Origin: an uncultured Chloroflexia bacterium
GTDB lineage: Bacteria > Chloroflexota > Chloroflexia > Thermomicrobiales > UBA6265
Direction: 5' to 3'
Assembly: GCA_963741965.1 (NCBI GenBank)
Contig: CAVUKC010000002.1
Location: forward strand, 1,378,004 to 1,442,003
Length of the DNA: 64,000 bases
The position numbers and the translations under genes were made by a program. Positions 31,227 to 40,314 of the stretch are shown piece after piece (within the stretch, counting starts at the first letter, position 1; every line of letters starts with the position of its first letter). The notes under the pieces were generated by a model. That model was not told the origin of the DNA. It did not search any database and saw nothing but the letters and a program-made list of their open reading frames with translations.

Positions 31227-32088
31227 ATGGAACGGTCGTCCTCTGGATACCGGTCATGGTTCCTGGTCGCTGGCTGGCTGATGCTTGTCATGATCGTGCC
31301 CCTTCCCTTGCGGGTCTCCGCGGCCCAGGTGACGGCGACCGTCGACCCGTGCATCACACCGACCGTCACGGCAACGGCGAGAGCCACGGACGCGCCCACC
31401 GGCACGGCAACGGAAGCGCCAAGCAGCACGCCCTCCGACACCCCGACCGACACGCCCACGAATACGGCGACCAACACCCCGACGGGGACTGCAACCGAGA
31501 CGCCGACTGGCACGGTGACTGGGACAGCGACCGACACGCCGACGAACACTCCCACCAGCACGGCGACCGACACCCCAACCAACACACCGACGAACACCGC
31601 GACAAGCACGGCGACCGATACGCCCACGAACACGCCGACGAACACGCCACCGATACGCCGACTAATACACCCACGAACACCGCCACGAGCACGGCCGACC
31701 AGATACGCCCACGAACACCCCGACCGATACCCCGGTGCCTCCTACGGACACACCAACCAACACGCCGACGGATACGCCGGTGCCGCCGACCGATACCGCC
31801 ACCAATACACCGACGGACGTGCCGCTCGCCTTCTCGGCACCGAATCAGGAGCGCGCATTCGCCCAGGCTGGCGAGGACATATGTGTCACGCCGACGATCG
31901 AGCCCACCCAGGCAACCACTTCGCCGACTGTCGATCCAACGCCCACGGCGCAGCCGGTAAGCGTGCTGCCTGCTACCGGCCAGGGCGCTTCCTCGAGCGA
32001 TACCGGCCCGCGCATGGCGCTCCTGCTCGCCTCCCTCGCGGTGCTGTTGCTCGCCGCGTTTGCCTCGGCCCGAAAACGCGCTCGCTAG
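31227..32088 (+). pseudogene. Thr/Pro-repeat surface protein with signal peptide and C-terminal LPATG-TM-basic sorting signal (two frame breaks as sequenced)
   Basis: Signal peptide in frame 0 (MERSSSGYRSWFLVAGWLMLVMIVPLPLRVSAAQV). The TP repeats continue in frame 2 from about 31646 and in frame 1 from about 31700. Frame 1 ends ...VLPATGQGASSSDTGPRMALLLASLAVLLLAAFASARKRAR*. Confidence 0.6.
31335..31825 (+). repeat. Imperfect short tandem coding repeats (ACNCCNACN... encoding T-P-T-N/D-T)
   Basis: Directly visible: (ACG CCG ACG AAC/GAT ACN)n degenerate periodicity. Confidence 0.8.
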
Positions 32089-32140
32089 ACTACACTGGAG
32101 CCTCTGTCAATCGGTCACCTCCAGTGATGGGAGTCAACGG

Positions 32141-33121
32141 ATGCGAATACTGGTCACCGGAGGGGCCGGGTTCATCGGCAGTCATCTCGTCGATCGCCTG
32201 CTGGAGCAGGAGCATGAGGTGACGGTCGCCGACAACTTCCTCACCGGGCACCGCGCCAATCTCGAGCACATCGCCGAGCACTCCCGGCTACAGATCGTGC
32301 AGCAGGATATCTCGATGCCGCTTCGAGGCGAGCTGGCAACCACGCGATTCGAGCGGGTGTATAACCTCGCCAGCCCCGCGAGCCCACGCGGCTACAGCAA
32401 GTATCCGCTGGAGACGATGCGGGTGAACTCGCAGGGCACATGGAACGCGCTCGATCTCGCGGCAGCACACGGCGCCCGGTTCCTGCAGGCGTCGACCTCG
32501 GAGGTCTACGGTGACCCGATGGTGCACCCGCAGGTGGAGCACTACTGGGGCAATGTCAACCCGGTCGGCCCGCGCGCCTGCTACGACGAGGGAAAGCGCT
32601 TCGCCGAGGGTCTCGTGATGGAGCACGTGCGGCAGCGTGGCATCGACGCCCGCATCGCGCGGATCTTCAACACCTATGGTCCCCGTTCCCACCCCGCAGA
32701 TGGCCGCCTCGTACCGAACTTCTGCGTCCAGGCCCTGCAGGGCGAGCCAATCACGGTGTACGGCACCGGCGAACAGACGCGATCGTTCTGCTATGTGAGC
32801 GATCTCGTTGATGGCCTGATGCAGCTTATGGAAACGGATGGAGTCGCCGGGGAGATCGTCAATCTCGGAAACCCCGAAGAGCACACGATCCTCGAGTTCG
32901 CGACCCGCATCACCACGCTCGTTGGCTCGGAGGCCGGCATCACGCATCTCCCGCTGCCGGGGGACGACCCCAAGCGCCGCCAACCCGACATCACGAAGGC
33001 GACTCGTCTGCTGGGCTGGATGCCGACGGTGCCGCTGGAAGACGGTCTCGCCGCCACACTCGACTTCTTTCGCGAGCGGATCACCCATCCCGACGTCGCC
33101 GCGGAAGCGCCTGCGCGGTAG
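32141..33121 (+). CDS. UDP-glucuronate decarboxylase (UDP-xylose synthase), SDR family
   Basis: Contains MRILVTGGAGFIGSHLVDRL, STSEVYGDP, HPQVEHYWGNVNPVGPRACYDEGKRFAE and RIFNTYGPR. GGGAG lies 7 nt before the ATG. Confidence 0.9.
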   Translation: MRILVTGGAGFIGSHLVDRLLEQEHEVTVADNFLTGHRANLEHIAEHSRLQIVQQDISMPLRGELATTRFERVYNLASPASPRGYSKYPLETMRVNSQGTWNALDLAAAHGARFLQASTSEVYGDPMVHPQVEHYWGNVNPVGPRACYDEGKRFAEGLVMEHVRQRGIDARIARIFNTYGPRSHPADGRLVPNFCVQALQGEPITVYGTGEQTRSFCYVSDLVDGLMQLMETDGVAGEIVNLGNPEEHTILEFATRITTLVGSEAGITHLPLPGDDPKRRQPDITKATRLLGWMPTVPLEDGLAATLDFFRERITHPDVAAEAPAR

Positions 33122-33143
33122 CAGGCTGGAGTCTCGCCGCGGC

Positions 33144-34028
33144 TCAGTCGTCCCGGCGTTCCTGCTCGGCGGCGAGAATTTGCGTCTTCTGGTACGCCGC
33201 ATAGACCGACTTGCTCAGCACGGTTCGCAAGCCGCCCTTCTCCATCTGGTAGATCGCCTCGGCGGACGTCCCTCCCGGCGAGGTAACCATGTTTCGCAGC
33301 TCCGCCATGTGCCTGCCCGAGCTTCGTGCGAACGCCACCGATCCGGAGACGGTCTGCAACACGATCTCCTCGGCGAGATGGCGAGGGAACCCCATGTGGA
33401 CGCCCGCGTCGATCAGCGCCTCCATCATCAGGAAGACGTAGGTTGGACCGGTGCCCGAGAGCGCCGTCGCCATGTCCACGTACTTCTCGGTCTCGACCTC
33501 GATCTCCTCGCCCAGCGCGCCGAGCACGGCACGCACGTCGTCCCGCTGCGTTTCGGAGACCTCGTCCGTCGCGCACCAGACGGACATTCCCTCGCTGATC
33601 TGGGCAGGCGTGTTCGGCATCACTCGCACGACGGCGTCATGTCCGAGGCCGCGACGCAGGCTGCTCAGGTTGGCGCCCGCGATGATCGAGATCACCACCT
33701 GGCGAGGGCTGAGCTGCCCGTGCAGCTGGGACATCACCTGGCGGAGCACCTGAGGCTTGATCGTGAGCAGCACCAGGTCCGCGCCATCGGCAGCCTCGCG
33801 ATTGGACGCCGTCGTCCGGATGCCGTAGCGCTCTTCGAGCCGGCGCCGGCGATCCTCACGAGGATGGCTCGCGACAATGTTTCCAGCCGGGAGCATCCCC
33901 TTGGCGAGCAGACCCGCGAAGATGGATTCAGCCATCACGCCGGCACCCACGAACGCCAGCCGCGTCGATTCCAGCCCGAGAGACTCCTCGCCCGCGCCCG
34001 ACCTCTTCTTCCCGTCTTTCTTTGCCAC
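33144..34028 (-). CDS. proC: Pyrroline-5-carboxylate reductase
   Basis: Contains FVGAGVMAESI, VRVMPNTPA and MVTSPGGTS. GTG 34028 has GGGGAGGAA about 5 nt upstream. Confidence 0.9.
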   Translation of the reverse strand: MAKKDGKKRSGAGEESLGLESTRLAFVGAGVMAESIFAGLLAKGMLPAGNIVASHPREDRRRRLEERYGIRTTASNREAADGADLVLLTIKPQVLRQVMSQLHGQLSPRQVVISIIAGANLSSLRRGLGHDAVVRVMPNTPAQISEGMSVWCATDEVSETQRDDVRAVLGALGEEIEVETEKYVDMATALSGTGPTYVFLMMEALIDAGVHMGFPRHLAEEIVLQTVSGSVAFARSSGRHMAELRNMVTSPGGTSAEAIYQMEKGGLRTVLSKSVYAAYQKTQILAAEQERRDD

Positions 34029-34147
34029 CGGTTCCTCCCCGCACCTACGAAACGATGGTTCGCATGACACGAGCATACGGCATGCAGCTGCCTGCCCTGC
34101 TCGAATCGAGCAGGGCAGGCATTCTCGCGACGAGTGGAATGAGCCGT

Positions 34148-35077
34148 CTAGTCAGCGGGACGCGGGAGGGGTTGCTGCGCGACAATCGGCCGCGCCTCCC
34201 GATGCCGACCGACAAGCCAGAACACCAGCGCGCCGGCGCCGCCGAGCCCGGCCAGCACCGCGATCACGGGCCCGAGCCCGGGAATGAGCCCAACAAGCTG
34301 CAGTATCAGGACACCGACCAGAGCCGTGAGCCATCGCTGCTGTGTCGCTTCACCGCCCCTGAACGCCCGCATGATCGCCTCGCCGAGCAGCGACCCGCTC
34401 ACGAGGTAGCCGAGGAACCAGAGCGCCGGCATCACCACGAGGAAGATCGCAATGCCGAGCGGGATGCCGATGACGGTAATGAATGCCAGCACAGCGATGA
34501 TGGGCAACCCGATCCAGAGCGCGAGAGCCGTCACGATCGACATGCCAACCTGATGCCGCAGGGTTTCGCCGGCGGCGGCGAGCTGACGGCCACCGTACAC
34601 AGCGAAGACCACCGTCGCGATCAGCAGCGCCAGCGTCACGCCACCCCACATGAGCAGGGTGAAAACCGCCGCGCCCCAACCGAGACTCACATAGTTGTCC
34701 TCCTCGTCGATGTTGCCGGTAACGGTCGCACCGTCCGCGCGGTCGAGCGTGCTGCTGACCAACGTCACGTTCTTGACTGTCGCGTCCTGTGCAAGCGAGA
34801 GCGTGCCGTCGACCACGATCGCGTCACCACCAACGGTTCCTTCGATGGTGGCGTCACCGCCGATCACGATCACGGTATCCGTCACCTCGCCACGGACGAT
34901 CGCATCGCCGTTGGCAACGATGATGGTCCCAATGACTTCGTCGGGTGCGACGGTGACATCGCCGTTCGCGCGGAAGATGAACCCCTCGTCAGGGTCCGTG
35001 GGAGTCTGCGCGGAGGCGAGCGCCGGCATGAGCATGAACGAGAGAACGATTCCAACTGCAAGGATCCATCGCTTCAT
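34148..35077 (-). CDS. Secreted/membrane protein with bactofilin-like (polymer-forming) beta-helix repeats and C-terminal multi-TM region
   Basis: ATG 35077 follows AAAGGAG. Signal peptide present. Repeated G-D/T-V/I-x-V units (VIGTIIVANGDAIVRGEVTDTVIVIGGDATIEGTVGGDAIVV). Four to six TM helices. Confidence 0.72.
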   Translation of the reverse strand: MKRWILAVGIVLSFMLMPALASAQTPTDPDEGFIFRANGDVTVAPDEVIGTIIVANGDAIVRGEVTDTVIVIGGDATIEGTVGGDAIVVDGTLSLAQDATVKNVTLVSSTLDRADGATVTGNIDEEDNYVSLGWGAAVFTLLMWGGVTLALLIATVVFAVYGGRQLAAAGETLRHQVGMSIVTALALWIGLPIIAVLAFITVIGIPLGIAIFLVVMPALWFLGYLVSGSLLGEAIMRAFRGGEATQQRWLTALVGVLILQLVGLIPGLGPVIAVLAGLGGAGALVFWLVGRHREARPIVAQQPLPRPAD

Positions 35078-35402
35078 GGTGTGCTCCTTTAGGAGAGTGG
35101 AAGCGACGGGCGAAGGCGAAGCCTTGAGCCCGTCCCGCACCTGGAGCCTACCCACGCTCCCGTTACAGCCGCGACGTCAGCGGGCGCACACGCGTTGCAG
35201 GTGTGTGACAAACACCGTCAGCATGCGTACTGTCATGCGGTTGTAACGCCTGGATGCGAGAGTCGGTCGTGCCTGCCACACCTCGGGCGATACGCTGGAG
35301 TGAGGCAGGGTGGCGCCCTGAGCGAAGGCGCCACCACGAGCCAGTAGTCGGATCGTCACACCCGTTCCCGGCACAACCTGGCCCCACCGTGGAGCTTCCA
35401 TC

Positions 35403-35909
35403 ATGAACATCCTCATCGCCTACGCCAGCAGGCACGGCAGCACCAGGGACATCGCCGACGCAATCGCCGACCAGCTGCGAACCGAGGGGCACCACGTGGC
35501 CGCGACTCGCGCCGACCTGATCGAGAACCTGCTCGATCTCGATGCCGTGATTATCGGCAGCGGCATCTACATGGGTCACTGGCTTGCCGAGGCACGGGCA
35601 TTCATCGACCGATTCCAGGCGGATCTATCCGATCTTCCCGTCTGGCTGTTCAGTAGTGGACCGCTCGGAGGACAGCTGGCATCCGCGCCAGCTGATATCG
35701 AGGCGTTCTCGCTGCTGATGGACGTCCAGGACCACACCGTCTTCCACGGCCGCCTCGATCCCGGCGCGCTCGGTCTGGCCGAGCGCATGATCGTTCGGCT
35801 CATTCGCGCGCCATGCGGCGACTTTCGCGACTGGAACGAGATTCGGGGATGGTCGTTCCTCATCAACCATGAGCTCAGGCATCGAAATTTGCATCCAGCC
35901 TCGGGTTGA
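35403..35909 (+). CDS. Flavodoxin-like protein (Flavodoxin_5 / HemG-like)
   Basis: Contains MNILIAYASRHGSTRDIA..., AVIIGSGIYMGHW and FSSGPLG. Confidence 0.8.
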   Translation: MNILIAYASRHGSTRDIADAIADQLRTEGHHVAATRADLIENLLDLDAVIIGSGIYMGHWLAEARAFIDRFQADLSDLPVWLFSSGPLGGQLASAPADIEAFSLLMDVQDHTVFHGRLDPGALGLAERMIVRLIRAPCGDFRDWNEIRGWSFLINHELRHRNLHPASG

Positions 35910-36086
35910 GCCGAGCCGTCGGACGCGACAGCATCTTCACGACGTTCTGTAACGATTTCGACATGCGATGCGGGAGGCATTGATACGGCTGTCATGCCCG
36001 AGCGATCACAATGCGTCCATTGATTGCAGAACACCGGACACGGCGGGTGCCACAGCCCCAGCTGCCGGCACCTCGAGGAGGCGGCG

Positions 36087-36578
36087 ATGTACAAGCGAAT
36101 CGTTGTTCCACTGGACGGATCCGATCTGGCGGAGCAGGCCATTGACACGGCGGAGGGGATGGCCAGGATCACGGGAGCAACAATCCACCTGATCCGCGTG
36201 GTCGAGTTTCCGGCGTCATCATTCACCTACGTCTACGGCGCGATGATGGAAAGCGAGGCGATGACCGAACAACTCGACGACGAGCGTGTTCAGGCACGCG
36301 CCTATCTCGGGGAGGTCGCCCGCTCGCTCGAGGAGCGTGGCATCGTCGCGACCACCGAGGTGCGCCACGGAGTCGCAATCCAGGAGCTCGTCGATGCGAT
36401 GCGACCAGGCGACCTGTATGTGCTCGCCTCGCACGGACGCAGCGGCATGGCGCGCTGGTTCCTCGGCAGTGTGGCCGAGGAAATCACGCGTCGCGCCACC
36501 GTTCCGGTGCTCCTGGTGCGGACGCGGACAGCCAGCATCAAGCGGCATCCATCGGGAAACGCGGCCCTCACCGCATGA
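36087..36578 (+). CDS. Universal stress protein (UspA family)
   Basis: Contains MYKRIVVPLDGS and ...SHGRSGMARWFLGSVAEEITRRATVPVLLV. The RBS is GAGGAGG. Confidence 0.88.
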   Translation: MYKRIVVPLDGSDLAEQAIDTAEGMARITGATIHLIRVVEFPASSFTYVYGAMMESEAMTEQLDDERVQARAYLGEVARSLEERGIVATTEVRHGVAIQELVDAMRPGDLYVLASHGRSGMARWFLGSVAEEITRRATVPVLLVRTRTASIKRHPSGNAALTA

Positions 36579-36661
36579 GACACCGTGCCATTCCGGTCAC
36601 AATGGTATGCTGGGGCCATTCTCGTGGCCCCTTTTCCATCTAAAGACAACGGAGCCGCCGG

Positions 36662-38287
36662 TTGGATGACATGCAGCACGCCATACAGACGAGTCCCGGC
36701 ACGCCGCGCATCATGGCCGCCTACCAGGCTGCGCTCGCGATCGCGTCCGAGCTTCACCCGGATAGCGTCCTGCAAAGCATCACCGACTCCGCCCGCAAGG
36801 TGGTGCCGGCAAGATACGCGGCGCTCGGTGTAGCCGACGAGCACGGCAGGGTTCACACGTTCATCACCTCCGGCATTTCGCACCGGGAGCGCATCGCGAT
36901 TGGCGATATCCCCCAGGGGCACGGACTGATCGGCGCACTCATCACGGACGGCACGCCACTGATGGTGGAAGACATCGCCGCCGACCCGCGCTCGGTTGGC
37001 TTTCCGCCGAACCATCCGCCGATGAACAAGCTCCTCGGCGTGCCGATCAAGCTTGGCAGCCAGGTGCTCGGCGATCTCTACCTGACCGAGCCGACCGAAA
37101 GCGACCAGTTTACGGACGAGGATCTCGCAGCACTCACCATCCTCGCGGTGCACGCCGCCCAGGCAATCGATCGGGCGCGCCTCTTCGCATCCGCCTGGGA
37201 GAATCAGCGTCGCGCCGAGGAGCAGCGGGACCACCTCGAAGTCATCCTCAACAGCATGAGCTCCGCCGTGCTCATCCAGAGCTCGCTGGAGGGGTATGTC
37301 GAGACGGTCAACAACGCGGCGCGCGCCTTGCTGCTGGACTCCCGCGAGTTCGAACTGCGGTCCACCCAGGCCGGACGCGACTACCACGTGTTGAACACCA
37401 ACGGCTCGGCGCTACCGAAGGAGCAGTGGCCCGGCGCGCGTGCCTGGCGCGGCGAGATGGTCCGCAACATGCCATGTACCTTTGTTACCGCCAAGGGACG
37501 CGCGGTCCCCATGCTCGCGCAGGCCGCTCCGCTGCGCGACAGTGAAGGCGCCATCACCCGGGTCGTCATCGTCTTCCAGGACATTACCCGCATCCGCGAG
37601 GCCGAGCAGCTCAAGGACGACTTCCTCTCGCTCGTCTCCCACGAGCTGCGCACGCCGCTGACAGCGATCCACGGCGGCGCGTATCTGCTCGCGAACCAGG
37701 GCGACAGCGTTGACGCCGAGACGAGGCAGGACATCCTCGGCGATCTCGTCCGGGAGAGCGAGCGACTCGACCGAACCCTCTCCAACATGCTGACGCTCAC
37801 CGCGATCGAGGCTGGCCAGATGGATCCGGAGACGGAGCCAATCCTCGTCAGGAAGCTCGTCACGCGCAAGGAGAGCGAGGCAGCGGCGCGGCTACCTGGA
37901 TTCACCTTCACCCATGATTTCCCGCCGGAAGTGGCGCTGGCGGAGGGAAACCCGGAGCTCCTCGGCCACGTGATCACCAACCTGTACGAAAACGCCGCGA
38001 AGTACTCGTCCGCGGGGACGACCATCCATACGGCGATCCACGCGGACGGCGGCGCCGTGCACATCTCCGTCTCCGATCAGGGCGTTGGTATCGCCCCGGA
38101 GAATCTGGATCGGGTCTTCGAGCGATTCCGTCGCCCGGGCGCGGACCCCGCCATACGCGGAATGGGTCTCGGGCTTTACCTGAGCCGGCATCTGATCCGG
38201 GCGCAGGGCGGCACAATCGCGGCCACGTCACCGGGCGTCGGCAAGGGCTCGACCTTCACGATCATCCTGCCCCTCGCGGAGGGGTGA
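36662..38287 (+). CDS. Sensor histidine kinase (GAF - PAS - HisKA - HATPase_c), cytoplasmic
   Basis: GAF block (GLIGALI...GVPI...LGDLYL), H-box FLSLVSHELRTPLTAI, and the N, G1 and G2 boxes. No TM helices. TTG 36662 follows GGAG; an alternative ATG is at 36671. Confidence 0.9.
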   Translation: MDDMQHAIQTSPGTPRIMAAYQAALAIASELHPDSVLQSITDSARKVVPARYAALGVADEHGRVHTFITSGISHRERIAIGDIPQGHGLIGALITDGTPLMVEDIAADPRSVGFPPNHPPMNKLLGVPIKLGSQVLGDLYLTEPTESDQFTDEDLAALTILAVHAAQAIDRARLFASAWENQRRAEEQRDHLEVILNSMSSAVLIQSSLEGYVETVNNAARALLLDSREFELRSTQAGRDYHVLNTNGSALPKEQWPGARAWRGEMVRNMPCTFVTAKGRAVPMLAQAAPLRDSEGAITRVVIVFQDITRIREAEQLKDDFLSLVSHELRTPLTAIHGGAYLLANQGDSVDAETRQDILGDLVRESERLDRTLSNMLTLTAIEAGQMDPETEPILVRKLVTRKESEAAARLPGFTFTHDFPPEVALAEGNPELLGHVITNLYENAAKYSSAGTTIHTAIHADGGAVHISVSDQGVGIAPENLDRVFERFRRPGADPAIRGMGLGLYLSRHLIRAQGGTIAATSPGVGKGSTFTIILPLAEG

Positions 38288-38322
38288 CGCGGGCGTTGTC
38301 CCAGGGAGCAACAGGAAAACCC

Positions 38323-39033
38323 ATGCGAAAACGTCTGATACTTGTCGTCGATGACGAGCCGGCCATCGTTCGCCTGACCCGCGCAAAGCTGCAGGCGGAT
38401 GGGTATGGCGTGATAACCGCCGAGAGCGGCGCCAGCGCGCTCGAGCTGATCGACTCGGAGCGTCCCGACCTGATGATTCTCGATCTCATGATGCCCGAGA
38501 TGGACGGGTTCGAGACGCTGCGCCGGCTCCGGCGGTACACGACGATGCCCGTCATCATGTTGACCGCGCGAGGCAGCGACAACGACAAGCTGCGCGGCTT
38601 TGAGAGCGGGGTGGACGACTACATCACCAAGCCGTTCAACCCCGACGAGCTATCCGCCAGGGTCGCTGCCGTGCTGCGTCGAACCGAAGGGGCGGCGTCC
38701 GCACCCGCGCAGTCGGTACTCACCTACCCTTCGGTGGTCATCGACCTCGAGCGCCGCGTCGTCACGGTCAAGGGGCAGGAGGTGCGGCTCTCCCGCACGG
38801 AGTGGGAGCTGCTCTCCCAGCTCGGCGCGAACGTAGGCAAGGTGATGATGCACGGGGAGCTGCTGAGTCGCATCTGGGGCCCCGAGTTCCGGGACGAGGT
38901 GCATTACCTGCGCACGTGGGTGAGCCGCATCCGGGCCAAGCTGGAGCCGGACGGCGAGGGTGATGGCGGCACGCTCATCCAGACGTTCCCCGGGATCGGC
39001 TACCGCCTCGAGCCGCCTCCCGACCCGTCCTGA
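38323..39033 (+). CDS. OmpR/KdpE-type response regulator
   Basis: Receiver domain (VVDDE...DLMILDLMMPEMDG...KPF) plus a winged-helix domain (HYLRTWVSRIRAKLE...GIGYRL). Confidence 0.92.
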   Translation: MRKRLILVVDDEPAIVRLTRAKLQADGYGVITAESGASALELIDSERPDLMILDLMMPEMDGFETLRRLRRYTTMPVIMLTARGSDNDKLRGFESGVDDYITKPFNPDELSARVAAVLRRTEGAASAPAQSVLTYPSVVIDLERRVVTVKGQEVRLSRTEWELLSQLGANVGKVMMHGELLSRIWGPEFRDEVHYLRTWVSRIRAKLEPDGEGDGGTLIQTFPGIGYRLEPPPDPS

Positions 39034-39039
39034 GCCTCG

Positions 39040-39435
39040 ACGCAGCCAGGCGGGGTATCGAGGAGGCGGGCGGCAGTGTCGTTGCCAGCCAGGGGGACAT
39101 CAGCGAACCGGGCGACAGCGGAGAGCCTCATCAACCTCGACGGGCCCATGTTCACGAGCCGACGGACGGCACACCACATGCTGGACAACGGTGGTGGGGC
39201 CATCGTCAATATCGCCTCGACCGCGGGCAGATCGCGTTGCCGAGACGATGCCACCCGAGCGGCTCGAGCCCGCGGGCGCGGCGCGTGCCGGGGAGTACGC
39301 GGCCCTCATCCCGAGCTTCATTCAGCCCGACAGCCCGAGGACATCGCATCGCTCGCGCTCTTCCTCGCGTCCGACGCAGCGCAGAACATCAACGGCGCAA
39401 TCATCCCGGCCGATGCCGGCTGGACGTCCGCCTGA
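39040..39435 (+). pseudogene. Decayed short-chain dehydrogenase/reductase remnant
   Basis: Only fragments remain: ...VVASQGDISEPGD (one frame), LINLDGPMFTSRRTAHHMLDNGGGAIVNIASTAG, and the C-terminal PEDIASLALFLASDAAQNINGAIIPADAGWTSA*. The TGxxxGxG N-terminus and the YxxxK segment are missing. Confidence 0.6.
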
Positions 39436-39493
39436 TCGCACACCGCTGGAGCGCGTTCGCCCGCTCCGAAGCCTGCGCCTGAAGAGACACCGA

Positions 39494-39521
39494 ACGCCCA
39501 CGATCTCATGATCGCGGGCGT
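39494..39521. terminator. Hairpin between convergent SDR remnant and SDR gene
   Basis: ACGCCCACGATC - TCAT - GATCGCGGGCGT forms a 12-bp stem with one mismatch. Confidence 0.4.
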
Positions 39522-39552
39522 CGTACATCTGGTGAAGCCGATCGTCTCGTGA

Positions 39553-40314
39553 TTATCGGGCGACCCAGCCGCCATCGACCGCGATCGCCTGACCGGTCAC
39601 GAACGATGCGCTGTCCGAGCCGAGCCAGAGTACCGCATCGGCGATCTCTTCCGCCCGCCCCAGCCGGCCAACTGGCTCCAACGCCGCGAATTGTGCCCTC
39701 GCCTGCTCCTGCCCGTGCGTCGCGCGCTCGACCATCGGCGTGTCGATCACACCAGGGCAGACGGCGTTGACGCGAATACCCTGCGTGGCGTAGTCCAGCG
39801 CGGCGGCCTTCGTCAGACCGACCACGCCATGCTTGCTGGCGACATACGCCGCGGAACCGGCGAGGCCCACGAGCCCGGCGATTGACGAGCAGTTCACGAT
39901 CGCACCGCCGCCGTGCTCCAGCATTCTCGGAATCTCGGCTTTCATGCAGAACCACGTTCCCGTGAGATTGATGTCGAGGACCTGCTTCCACGCCGCTTCC
40001 GTTGCGTCGGCCGTGGCAGCAGCGACCCCCTCGGTACCGGCGTTGTTGAACGCGATGTCGAGCCGTCCGTAACGGTCGACGGTGGTGGTCACCATGTCTT
40101 CTACATCTGTCCAGCGGGAGACGTCAGCGCGGACACAACTGGCAGTACCGCCGGCCCCCGTGATCATGCGCGTCGTCTCCTTCGCGCCCACAGGGTCGAT
40201 GTCGGCCACGACCACGCTGGCGCCGTGTCGAGCGAGCGCGATCGCCGTCGCCCGGCCGATGCCAGACCCGGCCCCCGTGACGAGGGCAACCTTTCCTTCG
40301 AACATGCCGTTCAT
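39553..40314 (-). CDS. Short-chain dehydrogenase/reductase (classical SDR)
   Basis: Contains TGAGSGIGRA, NNAG, S...YVASK and PGVIDTP. ATG 40314 has TGGAGG 6 nt upstream. Confidence 0.9.
   Translation of the reverse strand: MNGMFEGKVALVTGAGSGIGRATAIALARHGASVVVADIDPVGAKETTRMITGAGGTASCVRADVSRWTDVEDMVTTTVDRYGRLDIAFNNAGTEGVAAATADATEAAWKQVLDINLTGTWFCMKAEIPRMLEHGGGAIVNCSSIAGLVGLAGSAAYVASKHGVVGLTKAAALDYATQGIRVNAVCPGVIDTPMVERATHGQEQARAQFAALEPVGRLGRAEEIADAVLWLGSDSASFVTGQAIAVDGGWVAR

Noticed and set aside
31335-31825. Possible CRISPR array or non-coding tandem repeat.
   Set aside because: The periodicity is 3-nt/15-nt degenerate coding repeat. There are no unique spacers between conserved direct repeats, and no cas genes are present in the window.
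31073-31960. His/Asp-rich 295-aa ORF (HGDRH... repeats), plus minus-strand ORFs over the same DNA.
   Set aside because: These are alternative-frame readings of the Thr/Pro repeat tract. They have no signal, no RBS and no coherent ends. Only the TP frames connect a signal peptide to a sorting signal.
35576-36226. 216-aa minus-strand ORF.
   Set aside because: It is antisense to the flavodoxin-like gene and runs into an intergenic region. It has low-complexity composition and no RBS.
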